A stretch of 64,000 nucleotides of DNA. Source: Antedon mediterranea (lineage: Eukaryota > Animalia > Echinodermata). The stretch spans positions 6,664,201 through 6,728,200 of the forward strand of contig NC_092679.1 of the NCBI RefSeq assembly GCF_964355755.1, in the 5' to 3' direction. The translations under genes and the position numbers were made by a program. A model generated the notes under the pieces. That model was not told the DNA's origin, did no database searches, and saw only the letters and a list, made by a program, of their open reading frames with translations. Positions 1-12,821 of this stretch are shown here, piece by piece (position 1 is the stretch's first letter; each line of letters starts with the position of its first letter).

Positions 1-87
1 GATGGCATTCTTGTTATCTTATACGAGACCTTTGTAACTTGTATTGTCACTAATACAATGATTGGATGTCAAAAAACATTAAGCATC

Positions 88-159
88 TCCCGTGTGGTCT
101 AGTGGTTAGGATTCGTGGTTTTCACCCACGCGGCCCGGGTTCGATTCCCGGCACAAGAA
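88..159 (+). tRNA. tRNA-Glu(TTC), degenerate copy (probable pseudogene)
   Basis: 72-nt cloverleaf TCCCGTGTGGTCTAGTGG...GGTTCGATTCC with anticodon arm CGTGG-TTTTCAC-CCACG; the 3' acceptor strand reads CACAAGA instead of CACGGGA (two C-A mismatches); T-run terminator follows. Confidence 0.85.
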
Positions 160-519
160 GCTTGTGTTTTTTTATTATACTTTTCTTAAAAAGTAACAAA
201 CTACTGTAATTAGAATACACTGAACGCATTCATAAAAACAAAATATTTCATTATTTACCAAAAAAATGATTACTTAGACATAGAACCAACACCCCACCCC
301 AATAGAATAAGGCAGGGGTTGATCACTTAAAAACATTTATTTAAATTCACTTAAATCGTTCGTTCACAAATAAAACACATTTTTTATATCATGCAAAATA
401 AAAAACGAAAACAAAAATCCCCCTCAAATACAACTAACATTTAAAATTTTGTATTTATTATTTTTATCTAAAGTACGATTCCAATTTTGTTACACTTGAA
501 TGTTAAAACTAATATCATC

Positions 520-586
520 TCCCGTGTGGTCTAGTGGTTAGGATTCGTGGTTTTCACCCACGCGGCCCGGGTTCGATTCACGGGAA
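520..586 (+). pseudogene. tRNA-Glu(TTC) pseudogene
   Basis: Same sequence as the intact copies but lacks CCCGG (3' strand of the T stem): GTTCGATT^CACGGGAA, 67 nt; followed by a T run. Confidence 0.88.
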
Positions 587-2054
587 GCATTAGTTTTTTT
601 CAAGTAAAAAAACGTTACACACAAACTATTCAATAAAAAAATATTTTCAAACATAAATGTTACTGAGTAATTCGATTTGGCATTGGCTCGTTTAACAATA
701 CAAGGGTGACCTTTGACTTTATTATTGCCTTCCTTTTTTAAGTGATCCACAGTTCCTATGGAACATTCGTGGAAAGAAGAACTGACATTTTATTTGGGAC
801 GTCATTGTTAAACAGGTTAGTGTTATATAACTTACATGGGACAGAGAGTTAACTCCTTACATGGGTGTGACAGGGTGCGGTTGTAAATGTCATCTTTTAT
901 TCGCTGTAGTTTTAAACAGCCAGTTGCGATAAGATAATAAATCACAGTCCTACACCAGTGCTAATTTAAATTTGTTCTATAAGGTATTTATTTAATTTTT
1001 CTAATTTTAATGTAAAGTTCATGGAAATATAACTCTAATGATAGTTGTTGTATCGTAGCCATTTAGTAACGATATTTTCGCTTTCGTAAAAGCATGTTTG
1101 TATAATTCACGAAATTGTTTTTATTAGTTTTTTTATATTGTGTAATGCTCTCAGATTATTATCATTACATTGGTTGTTTCGATTGGTCGATCTGAAACCT
1201 ATAAGTAAGAAAATAATAAGTAGGATATTATCATTCATGCTTTGTACATTACCTGATGAGAGTGGCCAGCTTTGCCAATTTGTTATTTATATGTGTTATG
1301 ATGAAAATAAGATATATATAATAGTACTGTAAAAGCAATATTACTTTCCATGAAAAACATCTAAGATCCAGATCCATATATAACAAACATGCACCGAAGA
1401 GGATTCAAGCAATGTGCTGTATTCTAACTAATAACATAGGCCTACAGTGTTTCAAGTACCGTGTGTCATAGAGTAATACTCTATAAAACTATGTAAGTGT
1501 TTCAAAACAATGTATTCGATCTCATATATTAATAGACGAAGTTTCTACTGACACTAATTTAAAATTGTGATGCGCCCAAATATGGTAGTGATATGACATC
1601 ATCATGTCCATATATGGACACATCACTTGTCACATAAAGTTTGATAGTGTAGACAGCTAGCTTTTGTAAATCAATACAACTCAACAAAACAGGCGTTATG
1701 TCAGGGGTTGGTGGTGTTATCATATTCATGTTTTTGTGTTGATTACAGGATGATAAAATATTAATAAATAAACAAAATCATAACAAAAATTCAATCTGTA
1801 ACCCTATTAGTACACACATGACACGTGATCTTTACCTCTATCACGTCATTTCCAACACTTTAAAGAAACTGCGAAAAACTGAAAAAAAAACTTGTATAGA
1901 ACCTATGATTAATAACGTTACATTAAAGGGAACTACTTTGGTACACTTAGGCCATTATACTATATTTCCGCTTTAATCCGGATGGGCATGGTTGTCAAGA
2001 TGTACAGAAGAGGGTCAAATTAGCTCATAGGTCGATAAAGTCGTCAAACCTTTA

Positions 2055-2263
2055 AGCGTGTTCCCACTAGGGACGCAACGTAAAACGCAATCTACGCAAC
2101 GTAAGCAAATGCCCTTCTAATAATTGTGTTTGCCCCCGCCTGCGTGAAATCAAACCTGCGATATTTGCAGCACTATTGCGTCGTCGGTTTCCACTTGTGA
2201 TTACGCAATACAGCACTTTGCATCAATACGTCGCTGCGTTGCGTCGCTAGTGGGAACCAAGCT
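2055..2263. mobile_element. PIF/Harbinger-like MITE family A (subtype A1)
   Basis: TIRs AGCGTG-TTCCCACTAG / CTAGTGGGAACCAAGCT, TTA on both sides, ACGCAACG subterminal repeats; paralogs at 4497-4889 and 23189-23385. Confidence 0.8.
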
Positions 2264-2274
2264 TTAGAAAAATA

Positions 2275-3789
2275 CATGGGTGATTCTTCAGTAAGTGTCT
2301 AATTTCAGGTTTATAAAAAAATCGTTTTTAAAACTTGAATTTTTTTAAATTTTAAAGTTTATTCAGCAGATAAATGAACATGTATTACATGGCAAGCGTA
2401 TGTTTGGCGCGATCTTTATTATTATATATTTCGTATTTTATTCGCATTAAATACATGGTACCATGTTGGTCATATCCGTCACATTTATGGAATATACACA
2501 AATAGAAAAAATAACGGTTTAGGAATTATAAAATTATTTCCATTATTAATTCTTTGATACTATACAGTATTTTTGTTCTCGATTAATCAAAAAATGATTG
2601 TTTTAACATTTATTAGTATGATGTTATACGTTCAAAACCATTTACTATTCCAAAAAATAATGAATTTCAGAAAATAGGATGACTGTCAGTGATGTTTTAC
2701 AAAATTCTGTTGACATTTTAGAAGAATATGGTTTATATTTCAATTATACCACATAATTGCGTTCATTACTGAAATATTTGAGGATTTTAAAGGATAAAAT
2801 ATCCATGTGACGGAGATGAAACCATGACGGAAATGACTTTAAGATATGATTTGAATATGTTTATTGACCAGAGTCACATATATTTACAATGTAATAACAT
2901 AATAAAGATAAACAAAACAAAATGTACAACAAAAAAAGGCCCTGGCAATAACAAAAAGTCATATCCGTCACTGGCCGTCATCTCCGTCACAACGAAACAT
3001 TGGGAAATGTGACGGAGCTGACCGTGACGGAGATGATGTATTTAGCTTAGAACAGCCCAGGATCACCCCGTAGGCATGTCTGACAGCGGAGACGGAGTAC
3101 ATACTTCTAGATACCGTGAATAAATTGTACTTCCAATAGAAAAAAAAATCAGAAATTATAATTATTTAATGAGTTCTATACCGTTCGGATATGACATTGA
3201 ATAAAGGTACGCAACTGTAATTTTTCTAAAACCTCGTTTTATTAGCTTTTTTCCTCTTTTATTGAAAATGATGTGCGGCTAGTTTTATTTCAATATCTTC
3301 GTATGTTTACAACGCACAATCAATTTTTTCCCCGTCGTTTATTAAACTGTAGACGGCACATTTAAATTATGTGACGGATATGACACAAAACTGCGGGACA
3401 AGCTTTTTCCAAACAAAAACTTAAAAGTTTGAGATTTAATGTATGTACAGATGTATTTTGAAGAATAAAATCGCATGATATCATGATTAACTAACTTTTT
3501 ACAATATTTTCAATAACAAAGTCCTGTTATGAAATATATACAGCGATCATAAAATTGAAGATGTACGATCGGGACATGAGGTTTTAGGGGGTTAAGTTGC
3601 CTGAAACATTTTTATAAAAATTAACAATATCAATGTTATTATCTTTGGTTTATGTAATTAATTATATTTACAATAATGATGATTATGATATAAGTCAAGA
3701 ATTTTTATTTTTGAATGATGAATTTTCAGTCTCTATCTCACCAAAGTATCGGGACACGATTTTAGACACTTACTGAAGAATGACTACAG
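2275..3789. mobile_element. Non-autonomous TIR DNA transposon, TA-flanked
   Basis: Inverted ends share ATTCTTCAGTAAGTGTCTAA; TA on both sides; internal motif GTGACGGA(G/T)ATGAC repeated in both orientations (about 2469, 2806, 2958, 3009, 3371); no ORF. Confidence 0.65.
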
Positions 3790-3899
3790 TACTAAACTTA
3801 TCAAAATTTTCGCATTAGGAGAATAGTCCAGATCCCTATGTATTTTCGTGAGCAGATCATGGGGAAAGTGTAAACATTGTGTTTTATGAATATTTGAAT

Positions 3900-4330
3900 C
3901 ATGCTGGTTATAAAAACCCATGTTGTCAAATTTCTAAAATTCATCTTTGACCTCTGACCTCAATTTGAATGTTTTGACCCATTGAAAACAAAATGGTCAT
4001 ATCTTTGCAAAGCTTATTTTAAATGAAATAATTTTAGTGTCAAATTATTTGGGAGATGCATATTAATATTCGTTCTAATGGAAAAGTTTGTCCAAAAATG
4101 GCCGGAAGCATGATTTTTGGCAATTTTGACCTTTGACCTACATATCATATAACTCCGTAACTAACAGTTGGACAAACTTTAAATAGGGCTCAAATTAATC
4201 TGAAGATATATATTTCTATTCAGTCTAATAAGAACTTTTTCGAGAAAATGACCCAAAATATTCTTATTGACCTTTGACCTGTACAGGTAGTACACATTCC
4301 TACAGTCTTAAAAACTATTGGCCGTAAAAG
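3900..4330. mobile_element. Degraded fragment related to the Academ TIR
   Basis: Segment TCTAATGGAAAAGTTTG...AAAAATGGCCGGAA...TTTGACCTTTGACCT...GTAACTA aligns by eye with 31381-31470; boundaries approximate. Confidence 0.5.
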
Positions 4331-4496
4331 GTTTTTTTTTTTGTGAAATTGAGCTAAAAGTCCATCTTTTTGGTTTAATAAAAGCTATCTAGCAGATATT
4401 AATACACAAAATTCATATTTTATTGGATAGATATTATGATTATCTTTCCAATAAAATATGCTGTTTGTGTAAGAATGTCTGTACAAGATTGTTTTA

Positions 4497-4889
4497 AGCT
4501 TGGTTTAAGCTTGGTTCCCACTAGAACGTAACGCAAGGACGTAAACGTAACGCAAGCGTTTTAACCAATGACAAGCGAAGTTATAGACAGTTAGCAATCA
4601 CAAGCGAATAAGCCATCGCTTGTGATTGGTCAATTCACTTACGTTGCGTTACGTCCTTGCGTTGCGTTGCTAGTGGGAACCACGCTTTACCCACTAGCGA
4701 CGCAACGTAACGCAACCTACGCAACGTAAAATGCCCTTACAATAAATGTGTTTGCCCCCGCCTGCGTGTAATCAAATACGATGTTTGCAGCAATAATGTT
4801 GCGTCAATACGTTGTGGTGTTGTTGTCATTGGTTAAAACGCTTGCGTTGCGTTTACGTCCTTGCGTTACGTTCTAGTGGGAACCAAGCT
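4497..4889. mobile_element. Nested MITE family A copies (A2 at 4508-4686 inside A1)
   Basis: Inner copy has full TIRs and a TTA duplication; it splits the outer left TIR (AGCTTGGT...CCCACTAG). Confidence 0.78.
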
Positions 4890-5847
4890 TAACTAAACAT
4901 GAATAACCAACAAACCAACCAACAAAAAAAGATATTAAAAATTAGTCACGTATTCTTTACACAGAAATAGCCTAGAGGGGTTGATCATGAGTGCTTGTGA
5001 TTGTTTTGAACTCTGCTATCCACCGTCTGTTAAAGACATTTAGTTGCATAGAATAATTAAACATTTATTATCGTGTTGTGTCATTACAAATACATTGACT
5101 CAGCATCTTTTGATTCACAGACTTACCTTCAAATGAAAAGTTTATACCGGTGATGACGTCATCGTACGAGACCTGGGCGGTGTTAAACACATCTTGTAAA
5201 CTCGTTAACGAGAAAAACACTTCCTACCAACACGGAAACAAGGTGCGAATAGATAGTATGCTCGTCGTTTATGATTAATCTATCTCAATAACTAGCCGGA
5301 CACGTTCTTGTTAGGACCACGAGCTACATATCGTCAATAACATAATACACGCGCCAAATCCAGTTTAGGTCACACTACATGGAACCAGGGAGCATTAATG
5401 TCGTCGAACTATAAGGTAATTAACAGGTTTAGGCCTACACAAATTAATTGTACGTCGAGCATACAGTAGGCTAGATAATTAATAATCTTGATGCATCTAT
5501 TTTCTCCGAGTGTTAAGAATTGTTCTAAAAATGTAGGCCTATTGTGACTGGTGGTACGGGGTTTGAAGTGTTGGTTATTCTAAGCTATTGTGTAAGATGA
5601 ATTGAATTATGTGTGGTAATTTTGTCTTAATATTTAACGCATTGAACCAGTGGTTATACAGACGAGTTATTGAGATGTGGTAACGGCCGTTTTTATATGC
5701 TAAAATAATGATATATTTTAGTTTCAGAATGACTATGGGAAATAACACGCATTTTGTGACGTCTGTTTAAAGTTTGTCATAAAAAGATCTCGGAAAATAT
5801 TTGTGATCAAGTAAAGAAGGCAGAAGGGGCAACGCCAAAAAGGAACC

Positions 5848-5947
5848 ATGGGTTGTCCCATGTCAAAGAAGATCGAAGACTGGCTATTGGCAAGAAACTC
5901 TAAAGCACGGTATTGGAGGGTTATAATGCTTGGCTTAGATGGCTCAG
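5848..5947 (+). CDS. Arf-like (ARL) small GTPase, coding exon 1 of 4
   Basis: MGCPMSKKIEDWLLARNSKARYWRVIMLGLDGS(G); Kozak-like ACCATGG, Gly2 myristoylation motif, start of P-loop; donor AG|GTTTGT, phase 1. Join 5848-5947, 8534-8710, 9237-9380, 9839-10146 = 729 nt, 242 aa. Confidence 0.9.
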
Positions 5948-8533
5948 GTTTGTAGGCCTACTTTTTATTCCATGCCTAAAACTACAAGTCCTAGTCGGCT
6001 ATAAAAAGGTGTTCTTTGAGCGTGCCTTGGAAACATAGCTTAGAATAAAACACTAATTACTCAAAAATAGACGATACATTTTGTTTGACAAACTGGATTA
6101 TTTTGATTTATAATTAAAGTTATAACCATAATCGGTTGGACCGCCCGGTCTTGATTATTGCTTAGTATCCAATGAACCCGAATAGTCTTCTATTTACGGT
6201 GGTTGAAGAAATCTTCGTAAACACGTGTTATACATTTTAGTCTATGTATTATTATTAATTGTAAAATTAATTACGAACTTACTCGACCTAAACTAATATT
6301 TAGAGGACATTTAAAGGAAATATTTCATTGTGAAATTCTGACATCAATGGTAAATGGTAAAAATTAATTGTGCGCCTCTCACTCGTTTGTGTTAAGGTCT
6401 TATCTCAAGACGCTTACATTTGATAGGCTTGCATTATTGTTAAATTTAACTTGATTTATACATCCGGTAATTAATAAATATTTGTAAATGAAAACTGATT
6501 ATGAATTCCTATTCTTATTTGGCACAAGTTAACTCTTTCATCAAATTATTATCTAATCTTCTACCAAACGAGTTAGGACAAATATGCCGATTAATAGTAT
6601 TAAGAATTCAGTAACTTAAAATTTGTACACCGTAAACTCACTTCCAAAATACGTCCTTTTCTTATCGTAAACATGTTTATGCAAATATAATATGTGTACT
6701 CTATAAATTATTGTCATAACTCTTAAATTTTTATAGATTTATGAGAATGATTACATTTCACAAATAATATTTATTAAGCAAAGAAACTAATCTGTTATCG
6801 TGTTCTACAACCGGTCTAAGTTTACGATGTTTAATAATCGACAGGCAGCAGACAATGCACTGCATTAACATCAGGAAGTATTTGGGCAAAAAATCCCGAA
6901 GAGACACGTCCGCCGAAAGATGAGTTATCGAAATAATGATTATACCGTTTTTTGTATAAACAGACATACATGGCTCATCATAACATGTGAAAACATGTGT
7001 ACGTTTAAAATCTTTTGCAATACAATAGGCCTACATAATATGATTTTCAATTTATATTAAACGACACGACGTTATAATATGCTATTATAGTTTTCGTAAC
7101 GCGGGATTAATTGAACTAGAACTCATTGGCGGATCTAAAGGGAGCGCTAACATATAATATTAAAAGTCTGTCAAAATAAATATCAAAAAGTAGTTAACTA
7201 TATAATCTCATATTATCATATCATCATGCAGCTTCAATTGGATCCGCCCACCATCTCCTATATTCAGTTAATGTTTTTTTAAATTATGGCATATTTATAA
7301 AGTCTGGGATAAATACACCAATATATATATAAAGGGTTATAATACGGTAATAATGGATTAGAAGAAGTTCACCACATATACCAAGAGACACCGTTGTCTC
7401 CAAATAAAGTCCTACGTTCCCGTTATTACGCTTGGTTCTCACTATGAGACGTAATACAAGGACGTAACGCAACGTAAGTGATTTGACCAGGGAGTTGTTA
7501 TAACTCCCTGATTTGACCAATAAGACGCGGTGGATTATTCGCACTATGGCTTGTCATTGGCCAACACCCTAGAGTTTCATTTACGTTTTTGCGTTGCGTC
7601 AAACTATGACGTAACGTAACCGGAACACCATTAGTGTAGGCCTACACATGATATACGAACGTGTATATTGAGTAAATGGTAAACTTTAATAGGCCTATAA
7701 ACTGATAAACTGATAAAATACTTTTATTGCAACTTTAGGGTTGAATTATACAAAAATATATACTTATACTTAAATGAAAAAATATATCAAATCCATCAAT
7801 CCTATAGAAATTGACTAAAGGTTGTAGGTCTACACCACACCTAGAAGTATATTATAGAAAACCACAAGCAAGGTCATACACTATTTAATAAGAGGAAATG
7901 ATTGCAAAACGGAAATGTTGTATAAAAAATATAATTATTGAAATACAAACATAGATGGCAGAAAAAAGAGATCTTTATATCAAGCGGTAGGATATAATAC
8001 CAGCAACGGAAACCAAACATATTACCTACCGGTAAATTTTGAACCAGAAGTGTCAATGGAATAATCTATTTTCTTCCTGAAAATATTTTTCTTCCATCAT
8101 CGATTACACTAAACGTATAACGAACAAAACATTCGTTAAAGCATGAATGTTTTATTTGATAAGAAGCTATATAACATAATCTTGCTGTTAAAAGCCACAA
8201 TTGTTATGAATAAATTATTTAGATCAGGTTAGTGTTCGAGATGATAATGACGTTGCCAAAAATGAAATTCAGCTATCACTAGACAATCTGTTTAGCCTAA
8301 CATGAATGTAGCAAGTTGCCTTCAACAATTTCTAAAGCTCTGTCTACACATCTAACTTTATGTTACAACAAATTTGATCACACTTTTTTTTGTCAAACTA
8401 GTTTGATGGCGTAGACAGAGATCAATCACACCAAATACATGAAGAATAATTTGTAGTGTCCTCAAAGGCGGATTTTCTTTCTAATTGTTACCGTACGCGC
8501 TACATCAATAATCAAAATCTTTTCCATTTTTAG

Positions 8534-8710
8534 GAAAAACTTCAATAAATGCAAAACTAGACAGAGATATAGAGAAGGTATCTGGACCAACCCGAGGATT
8601 CACTGTGGCAGACATGGAGTTTGATGATCTCTCGAAACTGAATGTTTGGGAAGTTGGAGGAGAGAAAGAATTGCGATCTTCTTGGGACTTTTATTTCTCA
8701 AATTCAGAAG
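8534..8710 (+). CDS. Arf-like GTPase, coding exon 2 of 4
   Basis: TTTTTAG| acceptor; GKTSINAKLD...PTRGF...LNVWEVGGEKELRSSWDFYFSNSE completes GLDGSGKT, has the PTxGF effector motif and a G3-like motif; donor AG|GTAATT; phase 1-1. Confidence 0.92.
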
Positions 8711-9236
8711 GTAATTTATGAAACGATGATTGGAAATGGTTCTAGTATTAGTATTAGAAATTAGTACTGTGGGCTACTATGGGACACTAATGTAATGTAG
8801 GCCGATGAATCCTTGTCATGAATCCTTGTATGCACCGCCATTCCAACGAATGTATAATTTGCTCATGGTGGAATAAAGCATTGTTGAATCAAGATTGTGT
8901 TTCATCTATGCATAGAACGATTAAGTTTACTAGGCCTCGCCTACTTGTTGACGGTTTGTTTTTACAATTTAATAAAACTTACACTACCGGCAATATTTCA
9001 ATACGACCATGAACTGTGCTGTAAACAACTTATCGAAGACATCGAACTCTTCATGCCCTCTTCTTGTTCTTAAATTTAATCTTTTTAATATTATGCACGT
9101 TTATTTCATTAAAAAAATCATATGTACGTACATAAAATTCAACAGCCACGTCATTTGGCTGCAGGAATTCGTTTGTTTGTGAGCCCACAAGAATGACTTC
9201 CAACGTAAACAATATATATATATATTTTTTTTGTAG

Positions 9237-9380
9237 CATTAGTCTTTGTGGTTGACAGCAGTGATTATAATAGAGTGAATGAAGCGAAAGATACTTTAGA
9301 CGGTGTTCTCCAGCACCAGTACTTTGAGTCTCAAAGAGATCTTCCAGTTGTTGTCATTGCCAACAAACAAGATGACGAAG
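9237..9380 (+). CDS. Arf-like GTPase, coding exon 3 of 4
   Basis: ALVFVVDSSDYNRVNEAK...LPVVVIANKQD: Arf-family FVVDS and G4 NKQD motifs; canonical splice sites; phase 1-1. Confidence 0.93.
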
Positions 9381-9838
9381 GTAACCACTGATGTTGGTAG
9401 TCTTAAAGCTGTGTGCTCTTTAACATCTTAAGCATACCTACTTGTAGTCCTATACAGTAACATACCATAACATAGGACAAGTTAATTTTAAAGATTCAAT
9501 TCCTTGTGAGAACAACAAACATGGCATTAGAACGAACGGCTCAACATTGAATAAGTGATGAGACATAGTATCGTCTGCTCCAAAACTTGGTTACCAAACT
9601 TGTGACCAATCACAAGCGATAGTTTGGATGATTCATCGCATCGTGATTGGTCAAATTAATTACAGTGGGCTTACGTCCTTCTGTATGGGAACCAAGCTTT
9701 AGAGAGGAGATTGTTAGTTTTCTTAATTTAGAATATTTAATTGAAATATTTATTTATCTAGACATAAATTTCAACTTAAGCCAAACATTTATTTATTAAT
9801 GATATTACTGATTATTTGTTTCACTTCTACTTCCACAG

Positions 9839-10146
9839 ATTCAATGTCTGCCTCTGAGATTCTGTACAAGTTAGAGGTGAGTGTAGTGTCTGCAAAGCGA
9901 CCATGGATCGTCACAGGTGCTGTTGCAAAGACCGGAGAGTGTGTTCACATTGCGTTTAAACTTTTACATAGCGTGTTATCACGTGATATGGTAGAATTAC
10001 TACCGAGTATGGACAAATCTGGCGCGCTTGGGTACAAATCATCCGCTGATAAAAACCTGATTACGAACATCGCCAATCTGACGAAGGTGTACGAAGACCT
10101 GAAACAACACCACGCACGTTTGAATTTTCTTGACGAACGCGTTTGA
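9839..10146 (+). CDS. Arf-like GTPase, coding exon 4 of 4
   Basis: TTCCACAG| acceptor; DSMSASEILYKL...RPWIVTGAVAKTGECV (G5-like xAKTGE), then a roughly 50-aa C-terminal extension to TGA. Confidence 0.9.
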
Positions 10147-10956
10147 ATTCTCTCTAATGCGTTTAAATTTTCTCAGTAAACGCGTTTTGTTCGTAGATGC
10201 GAAATGCATTAAATGTTGTTATACTGATTAAGGCTCTTCAACAAACCGAAAACAGGAAACATTCGAAACTTACATCAGCTAAAATAATACATTTTCGATT
10301 ACGAATAATTATATGCAAAATAAAAGCAACCAGGAAATAACCATATAATAACTTAAGTAAGCGTTTAGCTATTAAGAGTAATTTAAGGTAAAGTTTGGTT
10401 CGCACTAGAGACGCAACGCAGGGACGTTTAAAGCGCAGCGTAAGTGATTTAACCACTTAAGCGATGGATCATTCGAACTGTTTTTGGTGATTGGTCTCCG
10501 TGATCAAATCGTTTGTACTATTCGTTGCGAATGCAATAGACGCTACGTAGCCGTGCAATACATAGTCACATCTCAATATGTTCAATTGGTAGCGATCTTT
10601 AGTGTAGTTGACGGACATAAGAAAATATGTTCCATAAATTAGAAGAAAAAAAACGGAAGGAAAAGCACATATTGCTATTTTTAATACAAACCTTTTTGAG
10701 AACTTCTTAATATTAGGCCTAATTGTTACTAGCAATCAAGTTACGAGCAATACCCAAATAAATAGCTGGGCCTCTAAATTGATTATTAAATGTTAATAAA
10801 ACCTATCAGACTGAGTGCCCACGAACATTATCAAACAGAGAGTGAAAGCGGTCATATTATTTGTTTTTATAAACGCAGGTTCCTGGTTGTTGATGTTACA
10901 AAGTCTAAGGAGGAAAACTGATAATTCATGGTTTGTAATAGTGGGTTAGTCATCAT

Positions 10957-11045
10957 CTCACTATGTCGGTCGGTTGGTTGGTCGGTCGGTAAACACTAAC
11001 TCAAATTTGAGCACGCGACTGCAACCATGTATAATATGACCTTTT
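10957..11045 (+). mobile_element. Short DINE-1/Helentron-like element, 5' truncated
   Basis: CTCACTATGTCGGTCGGTTGG...GAGCACGCGACTGCAACCATGTAT matches the reverse complement of 60152-60259. Confidence 0.6.
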
Positions 11046-12749
11046 CAGTTATCTTTGACAAGGAATGTTTAGGTAATGGTGTACACCTAATGTACACTGC
11101 CAACGAATTCAAGAAAAGTGAAGTGTAGTAAACGAAACAATCTAATGTCAACAGAAATTATTATTTTTAAACAAATTTAAAGATTTTATTCGGAACCAGT
11201 CAAATTTATTCAATAATACAATGTTTCATGCTACAGCTTGCTGTGCGAGTATACGTACTGGTAGCTAGCTACTTTGCTGAAATATTACTGTATGACCTGA
11301 ATGTTTCCAGAACGCGCAAGTGTCTATATTTCTGGAACTAGATTTTCTAGCCTTTAATTATCTATTTGGAAAATCCTATAATAGCTATCAGGAATAGGGT
11401 TTGGTCGCCTGATTAATACTGCCCACGTAACCGTTATTTAGTAAGTTAGGCCTACTTTTATTCATATATTTGAATTACTTGATTGCAACAACAACACGGA
11501 AGTTTTCTTGAAATTATTATTTGATGAACATGATTTTTGTAAATAATACGTACTTAGTGTTTGCAAAATATCTAATTTGTTTGCGTAATTATTATATTTA
11601 TTGTTTGGTATGTTCCTTTTTGCCATTACTACATGGCATTTGTACAAAGAAGTAATTTAACCTCCATGAAAACACTCAAGAAAAATGTATAAAACATTGA
11701 ATGCTAAACACAGTTGACTGAATTTGCTATAGAAATGACTACCATATTTGGATATATCACTACCATATTTGGGCATATACTACTTTTTTTTCAAACTAGT
11801 TTGATAGTGTAGACAGAGCTTAAGTCATCGATACTACACAGTTGTTGAAAAGTCACTGCGCATGCCCAGAAGCATAACCTTGTTGAGTTGAATTGTCAAT
11901 CGCTGTTGAATGCAGAAATTGTTGAACTAACATTTTCTAAATAGGAAAGATATTAATTGCAATTGTAAAAAAATAAACATATTTTGTAGTATAACTATAC
12001 CTTTATTTTTCAAAGGTTTCATTAATAAATAAAAAATCGATCATGAATTGTGATGCTTTTTATTTGTGATTAGTATTACATGAAAACAATATAGTTAAAT
12101 TGAAAAGAAACTTAATGCTAGTAGTTTTAAAGTAAATAGAATCCTTATTACGTTTCATGAATAACATAAAGTATTATAAAGGAAGTGAGTAAAACACGGT
12201 GCCACAAGTAGTACGAATCGTAACTACCTGACCACACGGGAATGTATATAACACCTTGGTAAGTTAGATGCCTATTATTATATTAGTATTTATAGGCCCA
12301 GCTGTCTTAAAGATTGTGTCAAATCTCACCAAAATTACTCCACCATCCTTACTAATACATAATGTAATGCGCATGCCCGAGCGACTTAAATAAATGAGCT
12401 TCACCTGTTCGTACTTCAGCATTACGGTGTTGTTTCAAAAAAACAAAAGACAACACCTTACCTGAAACACATGGAAAATGCCATTTTGTCACTGCCATCT
12501 GTAACGTCACCAAAACCAAACCAATAGCAAATAGTAGGCCTAGTAACATAGCCTTGTAGTGTACCCGGACCCCATACCTTCAGCATCACTGCAGGTGAGT
12601 TATACCTCTACCCCACTGTGTGCTTCTTATTCAAAATCGGCAGCTGTTACTGAGGTTTAAACGTTACAATTACATACAACAACAGGTCTACTGATGCATG
12701 CATTAGACTACTGTATTCATAAGTCGAAAAGGAAAAAGAAAACACAAGC

Positions 12750-12821
12750 TTCCCGTGCCGGGAATCGAACCCGGGCCGCGTGGGTGAAAACCACGAACCC
12801 TAACCACTAGACCACACGGGA
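12750..12821 (-). tRNA. tRNA-Glu(TTC)
   Basis: Full 72-nt cloverleaf; one A>G change in the D stem (U-A to U-G wobble); downstream T runs. Confidence 0.93.

Noticed and set aside
538-750. 70-aa ORF (likewise 12800-12985 and 13282-13506)
   Set aside because: Read through tRNA genes and AT-rich flanks; no protein features.
7124-7251. GGCGGATC...GATCCGCC inverted ends of a hAT-like MITE
   Set aside because: Only about 8 bp match and no TSD could be confirmed.
9799-9838. ATG start of the 115-aa ORF
   Set aside because: Lies in the intron's pyrimidine tract; the exon begins at 9839.
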